The notes beneath the pieces were generated by a model, which was not told the DNA's origin, did not search any database, and worked only from the letters and a program-made list of their open reading frames with translations. The translations under genes were made by a program, and so were the position numbers. Positions 9,464 through 19,834 of a stretch of DNA of 59,962 nucleotides are shown one piece after another (position 1 is the first letter of the stretch; every line of letters begins with the position of its first letter). The stretch is taken from the IMG/VR virus record IMGVR_UViG_3300045996_001403, positions 1-59,962 of that record, one strand, 5' to 3'. The DNA is from a virus. Lineage: Duplodnaviria; Caudoviricetes.

Positions 9464-10435
9464 GTGGCGATCCCCTCAGGGCTCAGCGCCCAGTTGATGA
9501 CCGCGGAAGAAGTCACGTACGGAACGGTCGTCACGCCCGACCGCGGCTTTGAGCTCCGCAACGAGTCGCTGAAGCTGGAGAGCGAGCGCATCGAGTCCCC
9601 GGCCCTGCGCTCCGGTACCCGGGTGCAGCGCTCCGACCGGTGGGCCACGGGCAAGCGGGCCGTGTCCGGCGACATCACCATGGACCTGATCAACAAGTCC
9701 CAGGGACGGTGGTGGAAGCACGCCTTCGGCGGGGTCGCCACCTCGCAGCCCGATGGCGTCGGCTCGCCCACCGTCTACCTGCACACCTTCACCCCGGGTG
9801 ATCTGCCGGTGGGGCAGACCATCCAGGTGGGACGCCCCAACGTGAACGGCACCACTCAGGCGTTCACCTACCACGGCTGCAAGGTCGCCTCGTGGGAGCT
9901 GGCGTGCGCCGTCGGGGAAATCGCCTCCCTGAAGGTCTCCATCCTCGGAGAGGACGAGGACACCACCACTTCGCTGGCGTCCATCTCGTACCCGACCGGC
10001 ATCGCGATGATGACATTCGTCCACGGCTCTGTCACCGTGGGCGGCAGCCCGGCGAACATCAAGTCCGTCACCGCGTCGGGCAACAACGGCCTCAACGGAG
10101 ACCGGTACTTCCTCGGCGGCGCCCTGCGAAAGAACCCGCTGGAGAACGCGCTGCGCGAGTACACCGGCTCGTTCGAGGCGGAGTTCGAAGACCTCACCGC
10201 CTACAACCGGTTCGTCAACGGAACCGAAGCTGAAGTCGTGCTGCTGTTTCAGGGCGCCATCATCAACGGCTCGTACAGGTACGAAACTAAGATTACCGCG
10301 AACGTTCGTTTCGACGGCGAAACCCCGAACGTCGGAGGCCCGGACATCGTGCCCCTGAACACCCCGTGGAAGGTCGTCGACAACGGAACGACCTCCATCA
10401 AGGTCGAGTACCAGACCACGGACAGCACCCCGTAG
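9464..10435 (+). CDS. Major tail (tube) protein
   Basis: 'AEEVTYGT..TP', 'SGDITMDL', 'FTYHGCKVASWEL', 'REYTGSFEAEF' tail-tube motifs. Confidence 0.85.
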   Translation: MAIPSGLSAQLMTAEEVTYGTVVTPDRGFELRNESLKLESERIESPALRSGTRVQRSDRWATGKRAVSGDITMDLINKSQGRWWKHAFGGVATSQPDGVGSPTVYLHTFTPGDLPVGQTIQVGRPNVNGTTQAFTYHGCKVASWELACAVGEIASLKVSILGEDEDTTTSLASISYPTGIAMMTFVHGSVTVGGSPANIKSVTASGNNGLNGDRYFLGGALRKNPLENALREYTGSFEAEFEDLTAYNRFVNGTEAEVVLLFQGAIINGSYRYETKITANVRFDGETPNVGGPDIVPLNTPWKVVDNGTTSIKVEYQTTDSTP

Positions 10436-10444
10436 GAGGCGGCC

Positions 10445-11008
10445 GTGGCCCGCGTGGAGATCGAGGGCACCGCCGACTTCAAGGCGTTGTCCCGAGCACT
10501 AAGGGAAGCGGGCAAGGGGCAGATCGCCAGGGAGATGGCGAAGGGTCTCCGCGAGGGCGCGCAGCCCTTGGTCAAACAAGCCCAGGACAACGTGCGCTCC
10601 CTGAGGGTGTCCGGCGTTCGTGGCGGAGCATCAGCCAGGGCCGCGCGGACACTCAAGGCACTGGGCAAGAAGAAGCGACCGAGCGAGCGGGTCAAACAGA
10701 AAGCGCACCAGGGTTCCGGACTCAGGGCGACAGTCGCACGGGCGACCAACGTCAAACTGTCCACATCGGCGCGTGCCGCGTCCATGCGACTGCGGGCACA
10801 ACAGGCCAAGATGCCGGCTGACCAGCGTCGTCTGCCCGCCTACCTCAACAAGGGTAAATGGCGTCACCCGCTGTTCGGCAACAAGGAGCGCTGGTACGAG
10901 CAGAAGGCTCCGCCTGCCTGGTTCGACGACGCGGCCGAGAAGCGCGGGCCGCAGACCAGGGACAAGGCGGTCGAAGTGGTGGCCAAGTATCTGGAACACA
11001 TCGTGTAG
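10445..11008 (+). CDS. Basic tail-completion/neck protein (HK97 gp10-like)
   Basis: Very basic; 'WRHPLFGNKERWYEQ' motif; position in tail module. Confidence 0.55.
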   Translation: MARVEIEGTADFKALSRALREAGKGQIAREMAKGLREGAQPLVKQAQDNVRSLRVSGVRGGASARAARTLKALGKKKRPSERVKQKAHQGSGLRATVARATNVKLSTSARAASMRLRAQQAKMPADQRRLPAYLNKGKWRHPLFGNKERWYEQKAPPAWFDDAAEKRGPQTRDKAVEVVAKYLEHIV

Positions 11009-11020
11009 TGAGGGGAAGAA

Positions 11021-11392
11021 ATGCTCAAGTTCATCGTCGAAGGGGTGGGCGAATTCCCCCTCGACACATCAGCGCTGACCCTTCAGGAAGTGATTGACCT
11101 GGAGGACGAGACCGATCGGCTGGTGGACGACCTGCTCGCCAGCTTCAACGGCTGGGGCAAGCTGAACGGTCGCCGCGGGTCTGTCGGCATCGCGGCTTTC
11201 CTGTGGCTCGCCATGCGACGAGCCAACCACATGGTGTCGTTCAAGCGTCTGGTCGCGGAGACCGACATCGCCAAGGTCAATCTCGCCTGGGACGAGGAGC
11301 CGCAGCCGGACCCTACCGACGAGCCTCCGGCGAAGCCCGCGCCCGCAAGTCGGTCGGCGCGAAGGGCGGCGGCAGGCTCGTCGAAGAAGTAG
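11021..11392 (+). CDS. Tail assembly chaperone
   Basis: Between tail tube and tape measure; overlapping -1 frame ORF runs to 11511. Confidence 0.7.
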   Translation: MLKFIVEGVGEFPLDTSALTLQEVIDLEDETDRLVDDLLASFNGWGKLNGRRGSVGIAAFLWLAMRRANHMVSFKRLVAETDIAKVNLAWDEEPQPDPTDEPPAKPAPASRSARRAAAGSSKK

Positions 11393-11521
11393 GCCGCTAC
11401 TGCGCAGCCTTCTGGGTGCACCTCAACGTCAGGCCGTCCGAGTTGGGGTCCCTTGCGTTGCAGGACTACATCGTCGGACGTGGCGTGATCGATCAGATGT
11501 CCGGGAAGTAGGTGCGCTGCC

Positions 11522-13849
11522 GTGGCGACCAAGGATCTGAACTTCAACATCTTCGGTCGTGACGTCAACGCGTCGAAGGCGCTCGACAAAGTGGGCGACT
11601 CGGTTGATCGTCTGGCGGGCAGGCTGGACGGGTTCAACACCTACACCATCAAAACGTTCGGCGGGCTGGCCAGTGCGGCGACGGGCGCGGGTCTCGGTGT
11701 CGCGGCCGGGCTGACCATGGCCACCGGCGGGTTCATCGCCTTCGGTGCCGTGGCGCTTCGCGAGAACACCGCGGTCCAGGATAGCTGGCGAAATCTCGGC
11801 AACACGGTCAACGTCGAGTCGGCAAGGATGGCGGAGCCGCTCGAAGGTCATCTCGTCCGCGCGGCGGGCACCCTCCAGCGCACGTTCCTGGACCTGGAGC
11901 CGGCCCTCTCCAGGGGCTTCGAGGCCGCAGGCCCCAGTCTCGATCACCTTGTGGCCGGAGTGGACCAGTTCGCCCGCCGCGCCGTGCCCGGCATGGTGCT
12001 CGCGGTCGAGCGCAGCGAGCCCGTGTTCGTCGGGATGCGCCAGTTCCTCGCGGACACGGGCGACGGGGTCAACGACTTCTTCGTCAACATGTCCGAGGGG
12101 GCCGACTCCTCCGGGCGCATTCTCGCGGAATTCGGCGGCATCTCCCGCGACGCCCTCGGCACCACCGGCTCCCTGCTGGCGACCCTGTCCAATGAGGGTG
12201 CCCCCGCAGTGCACGAGCTGGCGGGAGCGTTCGGCGGTCTCCTGCGTGCGGTAGAGGGCATGTCCACCTCTGGCATGCCGGTGTTGTTCTCCACGGCCAC
12301 AAACCTGCTGGGCGTTTTGGGCAAGATCCTCGACATCGCCGGCCCGCTCGCGCCCGCCTTGGGAACCGTGGTCGGCGTGATGCTGTCCGCCAAGGCCGGC
12401 GCCGCGATCTTCGGCGCAGCAGGCGAGGCGATCGGCAACGTCGGCACCCGCATCGAGCGGGCGGGCGAGCGCAGCGGGAAGGCCGATGGCGCGCTGTCCA
12501 AGCTCGGTCGAACCATGGGGGCGTTCGGCCCGTGGGGCGCAGTCGCCGGCGGCGCCCTGCTCGGCTTGTCCGCGGCGGCCGACGCGGCATGGGGGTCCAC
12601 CGAGAATCTGGCTCAAGGGCTGATGCGAGGCGGCCAGGCTGCCGCAGCGGCCGGCGCGCAGCTTGCGAGCAACGACCTCACGGTGGCCACCTACACCTCC
12701 AGCCTCAGCCTGCTTACCGGCGGCGGCGGACCTCTCGATCTGTTCATCACCACCACCGACGAGGCGAATCGGGCGGTCACGGAGCAGCGCGCCCAGATGA
12801 CCACTCTGGAGCGGGCGCAAGTGGACGCCGCCGCAGCGGCTGCGAACCACTCCCGCGCGGTGGAGACGTACGGCGAGACATCAGACCAGGCCGCCGCCAC
12901 TGCGGCACTTCTCGCGATGAGGCAGCGCGATCTGCGCAACGCGCAGGACGAGGCGGCCCGAGCGACGAAGACGTTGACGGAGAAGCTGCTCGAACAGCAG
13001 CAGATGGCGTTGACGCTGGCCAACGACAACCTCGCCCTGCGGCTCGCCACCCAACAGTACGACGATTCGCTGAAGGCGCTCAACGAAGCGGTTACCACGT
13101 ACGGCGACAAGTCACGTGAGGCGCGCGACGCGGCGATGCAGCACGAGGAGGCGTCGATCCGGTTGGTGGCCGCGGCTGGTGTTGAGGCCGCATCGCACTA
13201 CGCGAACCGGGACTCGGTCGAGGCGCAGACGGCCTCTTTGGATGCCAGCAACCGGAAAGCGCTGGAGTTGGCCGCAAGCATGCAGGGCCCGCTTCCGGCC
13301 GCCCTGCAAATCATGATCGCCAACATGGACGATGCGTCCCTGTCCGCACTGGGCGCTACCCGCACCATCGACGGAACGGGTTCCGCCGTGGTGCGCCTGC
13401 CCGGCGGCAAGACGGTCACGATCAACGCGGCCGATTACGCAACCGCCACCATCAACGGCATTCAGAACAGCATCGACAACATGCGCGGAAAGACCATCCA
13501 GATCCACATTCAGCAACTGGTGTCGACGACCGGGCCGACCATGGCGAATCTCGGCAACCCCGCCGCCGTTCTTCCCCGCGCCAAGGGCGGCCCGGTGATG
13601 GCCGGGCGGCCCTACCTGGTGGGCGAGAAAGGGCCGGAGCTGATCTTCCCCGCGCAAGACGGATTCGTTGCCACCGCCCGCGAGACAGCGGACATCATGC
13701 GCGGTGCACGCACCCAGTCCGTTCGTGCCGTCGGCCAAGGGACGACCACGGCGGGAATCGAAAAGCATTACCACCTCACCGTCTACATGCAGGGCAACGA
13801 TTTGAGCGTGGAGCAACAGTTCCGCCGCATGGAACTACTCGACCGCTAG
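11522..13849 (+). CDS. Tape measure protein
   Basis: Ala/Gly-rich helical 775 aa; N-terminal 'FNIFGRDVNASKAL'; C-terminal 'RAKGGPV.AGRPYLVGEKGPELI'. Confidence 0.92.
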   Translation: MATKDLNFNIFGRDVNASKALDKVGDSVDRLAGRLDGFNTYTIKTFGGLASAATGAGLGVAAGLTMATGGFIAFGAVALRENTAVQDSWRNLGNTVNVESARMAEPLEGHLVRAAGTLQRTFLDLEPALSRGFEAAGPSLDHLVAGVDQFARRAVPGMVLAVERSEPVFVGMRQFLADTGDGVNDFFVNMSEGADSSGRILAEFGGISRDALGTTGSLLATLSNEGAPAVHELAGAFGGLLRAVEGMSTSGMPVLFSTATNLLGVLGKILDIAGPLAPALGTVVGVMLSAKAGAAIFGAAGEAIGNVGTRIERAGERSGKADGALSKLGRTMGAFGPWGAVAGGALLGLSAAADAAWGSTENLAQGLMRGGQAAAAAGAQLASNDLTVATYTSSLSLLTGGGGPLDLFITTTDEANRAVTEQRAQMTTLERAQVDAAAAAANHSRAVETYGETSDQAAATAALLAMRQRDLRNAQDEAARATKTLTEKLLEQQQMALTLANDNLALRLATQQYDDSLKALNEAVTTYGDKSREARDAAMQHEEASIRLVAAAGVEAASHYANRDSVEAQTASLDASNRKALELAASMQGPLPAALQIMIANMDDASLSALGATRTIDGTGSAVVRLPGGKTVTINAADYATATINGIQNSIDNMRGKTIQIHIQQLVSTTGPTMANLGNPAAVLPRAKGGPVMAGRPYLVGEKGPELIFPAQDGFVATARETADIMRGARTQSVRAVGQGTTTAGIEKHYHLTVYMQGNDLSVEQQFRRMELLDR

Positions 13850-13859
13850 AGGGGGTGCG

Positions 13860-14708
13860 GTGGAGACCGTGGAGTGGATCGACCCCGACGGTGTCAGCAC
13901 CACCCTGGAAGTCGAGTGGGACGTGTCCGGGCGCGGCGCCCCTCCCGTCCGTATGGACGAGGAGGACGTGCCCGGACAGCCCGGCTCGCGCCTGCGGGCG
14001 GTGCGCCACGGTGCCCGGGATTTCGCCCTGCCGCTGTGGATCACGTCCGACACGGAGACGAACCTCCGCACCGAGGTGCGGTCGCTGATCGCGTCGATGG
14101 ACCCCACCCGAGGAGACGGGCGCATCCGCGTCACCGGGCCCGGCGGGGATCAGCGGGAGATCGTCTGCCGCTACCAGGGGGGCCTGGAACTGTCGGAGAC
14201 GCTGGGCGACACCAGTGGCCCACTGCTCCAGCGCGCCCCGGCGATGTTCCGGGCGCACGACCCGTACTGGGCGGATGTCTCGCCCACGGTCACCGAGTGG
14301 GAGCTGGGCCAGGCTCCGGGGAGCTTCTTCCCGATCTTCCCGATCAGACTCAGCAGCTCCGAAGTGTTCGCGCTCGACACGGTCACCAACGCCGGCGACG
14401 TGGACGCCTGGCCGGTGTGGACCATCACCGGTCCCGGCTCCGGGATCCGCATGGCCAACCTCACCACAGGCAAGGCGTGGGGGTTCACGGTCGATCTCGG
14501 CACGGGGGAGTCGCTGACGATCGACACGCGGCCCGGCGTCAAGACCGTGATCCACAGCAGCGGCGCGAACTGGTGGCAGTACCTCAGCTCCACCTCGCGA
14601 CTCTGGTCACTGCGTCGCGGCGTCAACTCGCTGCGCATCGAGATGGGCTCCGCGACCGCCGAATCCCACGTCGCCCTGTCCCGCACCCACAAGTACCTGG
14701 CGGTGTGA
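13860..14708 (+). CDS. Distal tail (Dit) protein
   Basis: Follows TMP; 'FRAHDPYW', 'TNAGDVDAWPVWTITGP', 'LRRGVN'. Confidence 0.82.
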   Translation: METVEWIDPDGVSTTLEVEWDVSGRGAPPVRMDEEDVPGQPGSRLRAVRHGARDFALPLWITSDTETNLRTEVRSLIASMDPTRGDGRIRVTGPGGDQREIVCRYQGGLELSETLGDTSGPLLQRAPAMFRAHDPYWADVSPTVTEWELGQAPGSFFPIFPIRLSSSEVFALDTVTNAGDVDAWPVWTITGPGSGIRMANLTTGKAWGFTVDLGTGESLTIDTRPGVKTVIHSSGANWWQYLSSTSRLWSLRRGVNSLRIEMGSATAESHVALSRTHKYLAV

Positions 14709-14709
14709 C

Positions 14710-15843
14710 GTGTGGACCGTCTACGTCCGGGATCAGAACCTGCGACGTCAAGGGGAGATCGACGACTACGCGACGCTGGAGGCGGTCCGCCGGCTGAACC
14801 GGGTGGGCACCTGGACGCTGGACCTGCCTGCCACCTCGGACGCGGCGCTGCTGCTAGCCCAACCGGGCTGGGGTGTGCAGGTGGTCGACGAGGACTCCGG
14901 CGACTCACTGACCTCCGGCCCCACGGTGGACGTCGAGAGAAACCGAACGGGCGACAGCGACTCCATCACCGTGTCCGGAGTGGACGACATGATCCACCTC
15001 GAAGACCGCCTCGCCCACCCGCAACCCGCCTCCGCCGCGCCGCCGTACAGCACGAGCGCCTACGACGTGCGCACCGGTACGGCGTCCACGGTGATCAGCC
15101 AGTACGTCAACGTCAATGCGGGCCCCGGTGCGATCGCACAGCGACGAGTTCCGCTGCTGACCCTGGCCACCGACCCGGTGGTGGGCGGCAGCATTACCGG
15201 CCGTGCCCGCTGGCAGAACCTGCGTGAGTTCGCGGAGGAGTTGGCACTGTCTGGCGGAGGCCTGGCCTTTGACGTCACCCAGGTCGGCGGGCCGGGATTG
15301 CAGTTCGCCGTCCGGGCGCCCGTTGATCGCACCTCGACAGTGCGGCTCTCCGTCGACCTCGGCACGCTGGCCGGCTACAAGTACAGCGTCCGCGCCCCGC
15401 AGGTGAGCTACGTCTACTGCGGCGGCGGAGGCGAGGGAACCGCCCGTGCCGTCGCGGAAGGACAGTCACCGGGCGACATCGTCACCTGGTCCCGCCGCGT
15501 CGAGCAGTGGGCGGACCGCCGCGACACCACCGACAGCGCCGAGCTGGCACAGGAGATCGCCAAGCGCCTTGCGGAGGGCCAGGGCGAGTCTGCGGTGACG
15601 TGCAGCCCGGTCGACATCGACGGCGTCCACTACCTCACCGACTACGCACTGGGAGATCGGGTGTCCGTCGAGATCGACGACGCGGTCATCACCGAGCTGA
15701 TCCGCGAGGTGCGGCTCATCGCGCGGCCGGACGAACAGCGAGTGCTGCCGCTCGTCGGCACCCCCGCCGCATCCACCGCGCTGCGCCTGCTCCGGCGTTT
15801 GCGCAGCACCGACACCCGACTGATCAACCTCGAACGGAGGTGA
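14710..15843 (+). CDS. Minor tail/baseplate hub protein (ReqiPepy6 Gp37-like)
   Basis: 'RLNRVGTWTLDLP', 'GGGGEGTAR', 'RRVEQWADRRD', 'DYALGDRVSV'. Confidence 0.8.
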   Translation: MWTVYVRDQNLRRQGEIDDYATLEAVRRLNRVGTWTLDLPATSDAALLLAQPGWGVQVVDEDSGDSLTSGPTVDVERNRTGDSDSITVSGVDDMIHLEDRLAHPQPASAAPPYSTSAYDVRTGTASTVISQYVNVNAGPGAIAQRRVPLLTLATDPVVGGSITGRARWQNLREFAEELALSGGGLAFDVTQVGGPGLQFAVRAPVDRTSTVRLSVDLGTLAGYKYSVRAPQVSYVYCGGGGEGTARAVAEGQSPGDIVTWSRRVEQWADRRDTTDSAELAQEIAKRLAEGQGESAVTCSPVDIDGVHYLTDYALGDRVSVEIDDAVITELIREVRLIARPDEQRVLPLVGTPAASTALRLLRRLRSTDTRLINLERR

Positions 15844-15848
15844 CCGCC

Positions 15849-16802
15849 ATGGCCGTCACGGCAGACACTTACTACCCGTTCGACAGTGGAGCGGGAGCGG
15901 ACGTCACGGAAGAGGGCTGGCGCCGGTTCATGCGCTACCTGACCGGCCGGGGCAGCATGGCCAACGGCGTCATCCGCGGCGTCGGCAATCAGCACGAGGT
16001 GTACGCCGACTCCTCCGGCATGCAGGTCAAGGTCAGGACCGGCGAAGTCTGGGAACGCGGCCACTGGGGCGAGCTGACAGGGGAGAAGACCCTGCCCATC
16101 GCCGCCGCCGACCCGACCAACCCCCGCAAGGACCGGGTGATCGCCCGCGCCGCGTTCGGTGACAACCGGATCGAGTACGACGTCCTGCAGGGAACCGCGG
16201 CGGTTTCCCCCACCGCGCCGTCGGTGACCCAAAGCGACACCAAGTGGGAGACGTCGCTCGCGGTGGTGGACGTGCCCGCCGCCGCATCCACGATCGCCGC
16301 GTCGAACGTCGCGGACGCGAGGCTTTTCATCGACGACCTCGACATCACCCCTCGGGGGACCGTCGACATCACGGTCAACAACTCGACCACGCTGACGGAC
16401 GCGACCGGCCTGTCCGCACTGCTGTCGGCCGGCGGCCTGTACCTGCTGGACGGGTACGTCGAGTACTCCGCCGCCACCGCCGCGGACGCCAAGCTTGCGC
16501 TGACCGTGCCCGCCTCCACCACGGGCAGGTGGTACGCGCACGCCCTGGACTCGGGCACTACCGGAACCGCGGGCAACCTGTCCGGGGCCAGCAACTCGAC
16601 GGCCTCGACGCTCGTGCTCGGCGGTGCCGCGGCCGGCACCCGGTGTGTGGCCCGCCTGTCCGGCTGGCTTCAGATGCCTTCCGAGGCCGCGGCCGGATCG
16701 CTGATGAACGTCCAGCTCCAGTTCGCCCAGAACACGGCGAACGCGTCGAACGCCGTGCTCTACCTCAACTCCTGGCTGCGGTTCACCCGCTACCGAACCT
16801 GA
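15849..16802 (+). CDS. Minor tail protein
   Basis: RBS GGAGG; 'YPFDSG', 'ADPTNPRKDRVI', 'APSVTQ..WETSLAVVDV' actinophage minor-tail motifs. Confidence 0.75.
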   Translation: MAVTADTYYPFDSGAGADVTEEGWRRFMRYLTGRGSMANGVIRGVGNQHEVYADSSGMQVKVRTGEVWERGHWGELTGEKTLPIAAADPTNPRKDRVIARAAFGDNRIEYDVLQGTAAVSPTAPSVTQSDTKWETSLAVVDVPAAASTIAASNVADARLFIDDLDITPRGTVDITVNNSTTLTDATGLSALLSAGGLYLLDGYVEYSAATAADAKLALTVPASTTGRWYAHALDSGTTGTAGNLSGASNSTASTLVLGGAAAGTRCVARLSGWLQMPSEAAAGSLMNVQLQFAQNTANASNAVLYLNSWLRFTRYRT

Positions 16803-16822
16803 TTGTCGAACGAGGGGGATTC

Positions 16823-18556
16823 GTGTCTTTGTGGACGTGGCGCACGGCGTGGTCGTGGCGGCACCTGCACCCGGTCACCGCGGTGCTCATCGGCAGCTCC
16901 AACAGCCACGGCGTCTACGGCACGGGCTACCTGTCCAGCGTGGAACGCAACATGGCCTCCGCTCTCTCGAACCGACTGGGCGGCGGGACGAGCTACCTCG
17001 GTGACCATCCCGGGTGGACGCTGACCGGCACCACCAGTGTGGCCAACGTCGGCTTGAGCCGGTTCAGTCGGCAGTTGTCGCCCGGCGCGTCGATGGCCCG
17101 CACGGCTCCGCGATGCGAGCGGTTCAGCGTCCAGTTCAAGCAGGGCGCCGGATCGGGAGTGTTCACCGTCGCCATCGACGGCGGCCCGGCGGTGACGGTC
17201 ACGCCGGACACCTCGGGCACCTCGGAGCGCTACGACGGCACGTGGACCTCCGGCGAACTGGTACCCGGGCCGCACTCCATCAAGATCACCGCTGTCGGTA
17301 CCGCGACCATCATGGGTGTGCAGGCGGAATCCGGCGCGGTGCGGGTGGTGAACGCCGCGCACGGGGGCACGAGCGCGAAGCTCTACGCCGACGTGTCAGC
17401 GGCGATGCGCACCCACAACCGCGCGGTCGGCTCGGTGTCCCCGTCGCTGCTCGTCATGATGGTGGGCAGCAACGACTACGCCGGACTCAACGCCCCGCAG
17501 GACGCGGCAGCCTACGCGGCGAACCTGCGGCGCGCGGTGCAGCGGGCGCGGGCCGCGTGCCCCACTCCTCCGAGCGTGCTGCTCGTGCACCAGCACCGAC
17601 GCTGGGACGTGGCCAACCCGCCGTCCTCTTGGGAGGCGTTCGGTCAGGCCCTGCAACAGGTCGCCGCGGACCTGCCGGACTGCGCCGCCCTCGACGTGTC
17701 GGGCGCGTTCCCGACCGGACCCGAGTGCGACGTGGACCAGCTCGTCGGCCCGGACGGCGTCCACCTCACCGAGAGGGGCGCGGCGCTGCTGGCCGACCTG
17801 ATCGGAGACGCCCTGCTCGGTCACCTGCCCCCGCCCTCCACCGCCCCGGCCCAGCCGGAGCCCGACCCGGCCGCCCTTCCTGGACTGCTCGCGGCATGGC
17901 GCGCCGGTGATCTCACCGGCACGGACGGATCCCCGGTCGTCGCGTGGACCCCGTACGCCGGTACGGAGGCCTCACCTCTGCTGTCGGTCGCCTCACCTGC
18001 GGTGCTGCGCCACCGCGCCCACACCATCCACCGCGCCGTGGACACGGCCGGATCCCGTCCACTTCAGACCGGGCCGTGGTCCACCACCCACACCGGGCCG
18101 ATCACCGTGCTCGCCGTCGCCCGCGCGGGCACCGCGACCGTGAGCGGATCCGGCCACCTGTGGTCCGGTCGCGCCGGAACCTACGTCACCGCGCAGCTCG
18201 CCGCGGACAACATCCTCGCCCTCGGCGCCGGAGGCCTGTCGGCCCCCGCCTCCGCGTGGGTCTACGCGGGGACGCAGGGATGGGCGGTGTACGGCGCGGT
18301 CTACGACGGCGCCAACTCCGCGCTCTACACTCACAACTGCGACCCGGTGAGCGTGTCACTCGCCCACGGGTCCGCTTACGGGCTGCCGGGGTTCACCCTC
18401 GGCGCGGGCTCCAGTGGCAACGGGCAGTTCGCCTCCGCCCAGTACGCGGAGGTCATCGTCTACGGCCGCGCCCTCACCCCGGCGGAAGCCACCTCGGCGG
18501 TCGCCGCGCTGGCCCGCCGCTACGCACTCGACGGCTCCGGCCGTACCTCGACCTGA
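16823..18556 (+). CDS. SGNH/GDSL hydrolase with C-terminal LamG/lectin-like domain (putative tail-associated esterase)
   Basis: SGNH blocks 'IGSSNSHG', 'NAAHGG', 'VGSND', 'DGVH'; C-terminal 'YAEVIVYGRALTPAE'. Confidence 0.75.
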   Translation: MSLWTWRTAWSWRHLHPVTAVLIGSSNSHGVYGTGYLSSVERNMASALSNRLGGGTSYLGDHPGWTLTGTTSVANVGLSRFSRQLSPGASMARTAPRCERFSVQFKQGAGSGVFTVAIDGGPAVTVTPDTSGTSERYDGTWTSGELVPGPHSIKITAVGTATIMGVQAESGAVRVVNAAHGGTSAKLYADVSAAMRTHNRAVGSVSPSLLVMMVGSNDYAGLNAPQDAAAYAANLRRAVQRARAACPTPPSVLLVHQHRRWDVANPPSSWEAFGQALQQVAADLPDCAALDVSGAFPTGPECDVDQLVGPDGVHLTERGAALLADLIGDALLGHLPPPSTAPAQPEPDPAALPGLLAAWRAGDLTGTDGSPVVAWTPYAGTEASPLLSVASPAVLRHRAHTIHRAVDTAGSRPLQTGPWSTTHTGPITVLAVARAGTATVSGSGHLWSGRAGTYVTAQLAADNILALGAGGLSAPASAWVYAGTQGWAVYGAVYDGANSALYTHNCDPVSVSLAHGSAYGLPGFTLGAGSSGNGQFASAQYAEVIVYGRALTPAEATSAVAALARRYALDGSGRTST

Positions 18557-18568
18557 ACGGAGCCGCCC

Positions 18569-18814
18569 GTGGACAACCTCTCCATCCCCCCGGGCTCGGT
18601 CGTCATCACCCCCACCGAGCTGTACAAGGAAATGCAACTGACGCACCAGGCGGTGACGGAAATGCGCGGCGACCTGAAGAAGGTCACGGAGGTCATGCCC
18701 GACCACGAGACCCGCATCCGCGCCCTGGAGCGCCGGATCTGGCTCGCGGCAGGTGTCGCCGCCGGTGCCGCCGCCGGGATCACCAAGGCCCTCTCCGCAG
18801 TGCTGGGAGGTTGA
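18569..18814 (+). CDS. Small coiled-coil protein with C-terminal TM segment (lysis-cassette associated)
   Basis: 'DHETRIRALERR' then hydrophobic tail, directly before the lysin. Confidence 0.6.
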   Translation: MDNLSIPPGSVVITPTELYKEMQLTHQAVTEMRGDLKKVTEVMPDHETRIRALERRIWLAAGVAAGAAAGITKALSAVLGG

Positions 18815-18815
18815 C

Positions 18816-19802
18816 GTGATCTACGGCGTAGACGTCAGCGCCTACCAGCCGAACTTCGATTTCGCCGCCTGCCGTCGCGAGGGATACGACTTCGCGATCA
18901 TCAAGGCGACCGAGGGAACCGGCTGGAAGTCTGCCTACTACCGCGCCCAGGTGGAGCGCGCGCGTGCGGCCGGTCTGCTGGTCGCGGCCTACCACTATGT
19001 GCGCGGCTCCGACGTCGCCGGCCAGGTCAACAACATCAAGTCGATGGTGTCGACCGACATGCCGGTGATCCTCGACGTCGAGGACGGCGCCCCGCCGATC
19101 GGGGTGATCCGCCAGCTCAACGCCGCGGTGAACGCGGCGGGCTACCGGACGCCCCTGATCTACATCCCGCGCTGGTACTGGTCCGGCGTCATGGGCAGCC
19201 CAAGCCTGGCTGGCCTGCCGCCGAACTGGCACTCGCGCTACCCGGACAACGCGGTGCGACGCAAGGAAAGCTTCACGCTCGGCGCGGAGTACTGGCCGAC
19301 GTTCGGCGGGCTGCCGACCGTGATCGCTCAGTTCACCAGCTCGCTCGCCGTGGCGAACTACCCGACCGGCCGGATCGACGGCAACGCCTACCGAGGGACC
19401 CGAGAGCAACTCGCCGCCCTCCTGGGCGGACAGGAGGAGAACGACGTGGGACACGTGGACAGCATCAGCGACGAGGCGGCACTGAAGATCGCCAAGACGC
19501 TGCTCAACTTCCCCGCCGAGCTGCCCGGCGGCCGTCGGGTGGGGGACCCCGCGCCCGGCCCGGACGGCAAGCTGCGGCTGCGGCTGGAGGAGAACTTCGG
19601 CCACACCAACCGGGTCGCCAACGCCACTCGTGACGAGGTGATCGCCCTGAGGGTGGCGTTCGACAAGCTGGCCGAAGCGTACGCGGCCGACCGGGACGTA
19701 GAGGCCGAAGACATCAAACGAGCCGTGACCGACGCGCTGCGAGAGAGCGTCGTCAACGTGGACATCAACGTCAAGGGCGCGGACACCAAGCCCGCCGCCT
19801 GA
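18816..19802 (+). CDS. Endolysin, glycoside hydrolase family 25 muramidase
   Basis: 'YGVDVSAYQ', 'FAIIKATEG', 'AAYHY', 'ILDVE', 'AQFTS', 'IDGN'. Confidence 0.9.
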   Translation: MIYGVDVSAYQPNFDFAACRREGYDFAIIKATEGTGWKSAYYRAQVERARAAGLLVAAYHYVRGSDVAGQVNNIKSMVSTDMPVILDVEDGAPPIGVIRQLNAAVNAAGYRTPLIYIPRWYWSGVMGSPSLAGLPPNWHSRYPDNAVRRKESFTLGAEYWPTFGGLPTVIAQFTSSLAVANYPTGRIDGNAYRGTREQLAALLGGQEENDVGHVDSISDEAALKIAKTLLNFPAELPGGRRVGDPAPGPDGKLRLRLEENFGHTNRVANATRDEVIALRVAFDKLAEAYAADRDVEAEDIKRAVTDALRESVVNVDINVKGADTKPAA

Positions 19803-19834
19803 TCGCTCACCAACCGAGAGGAAGCCTCATCACC

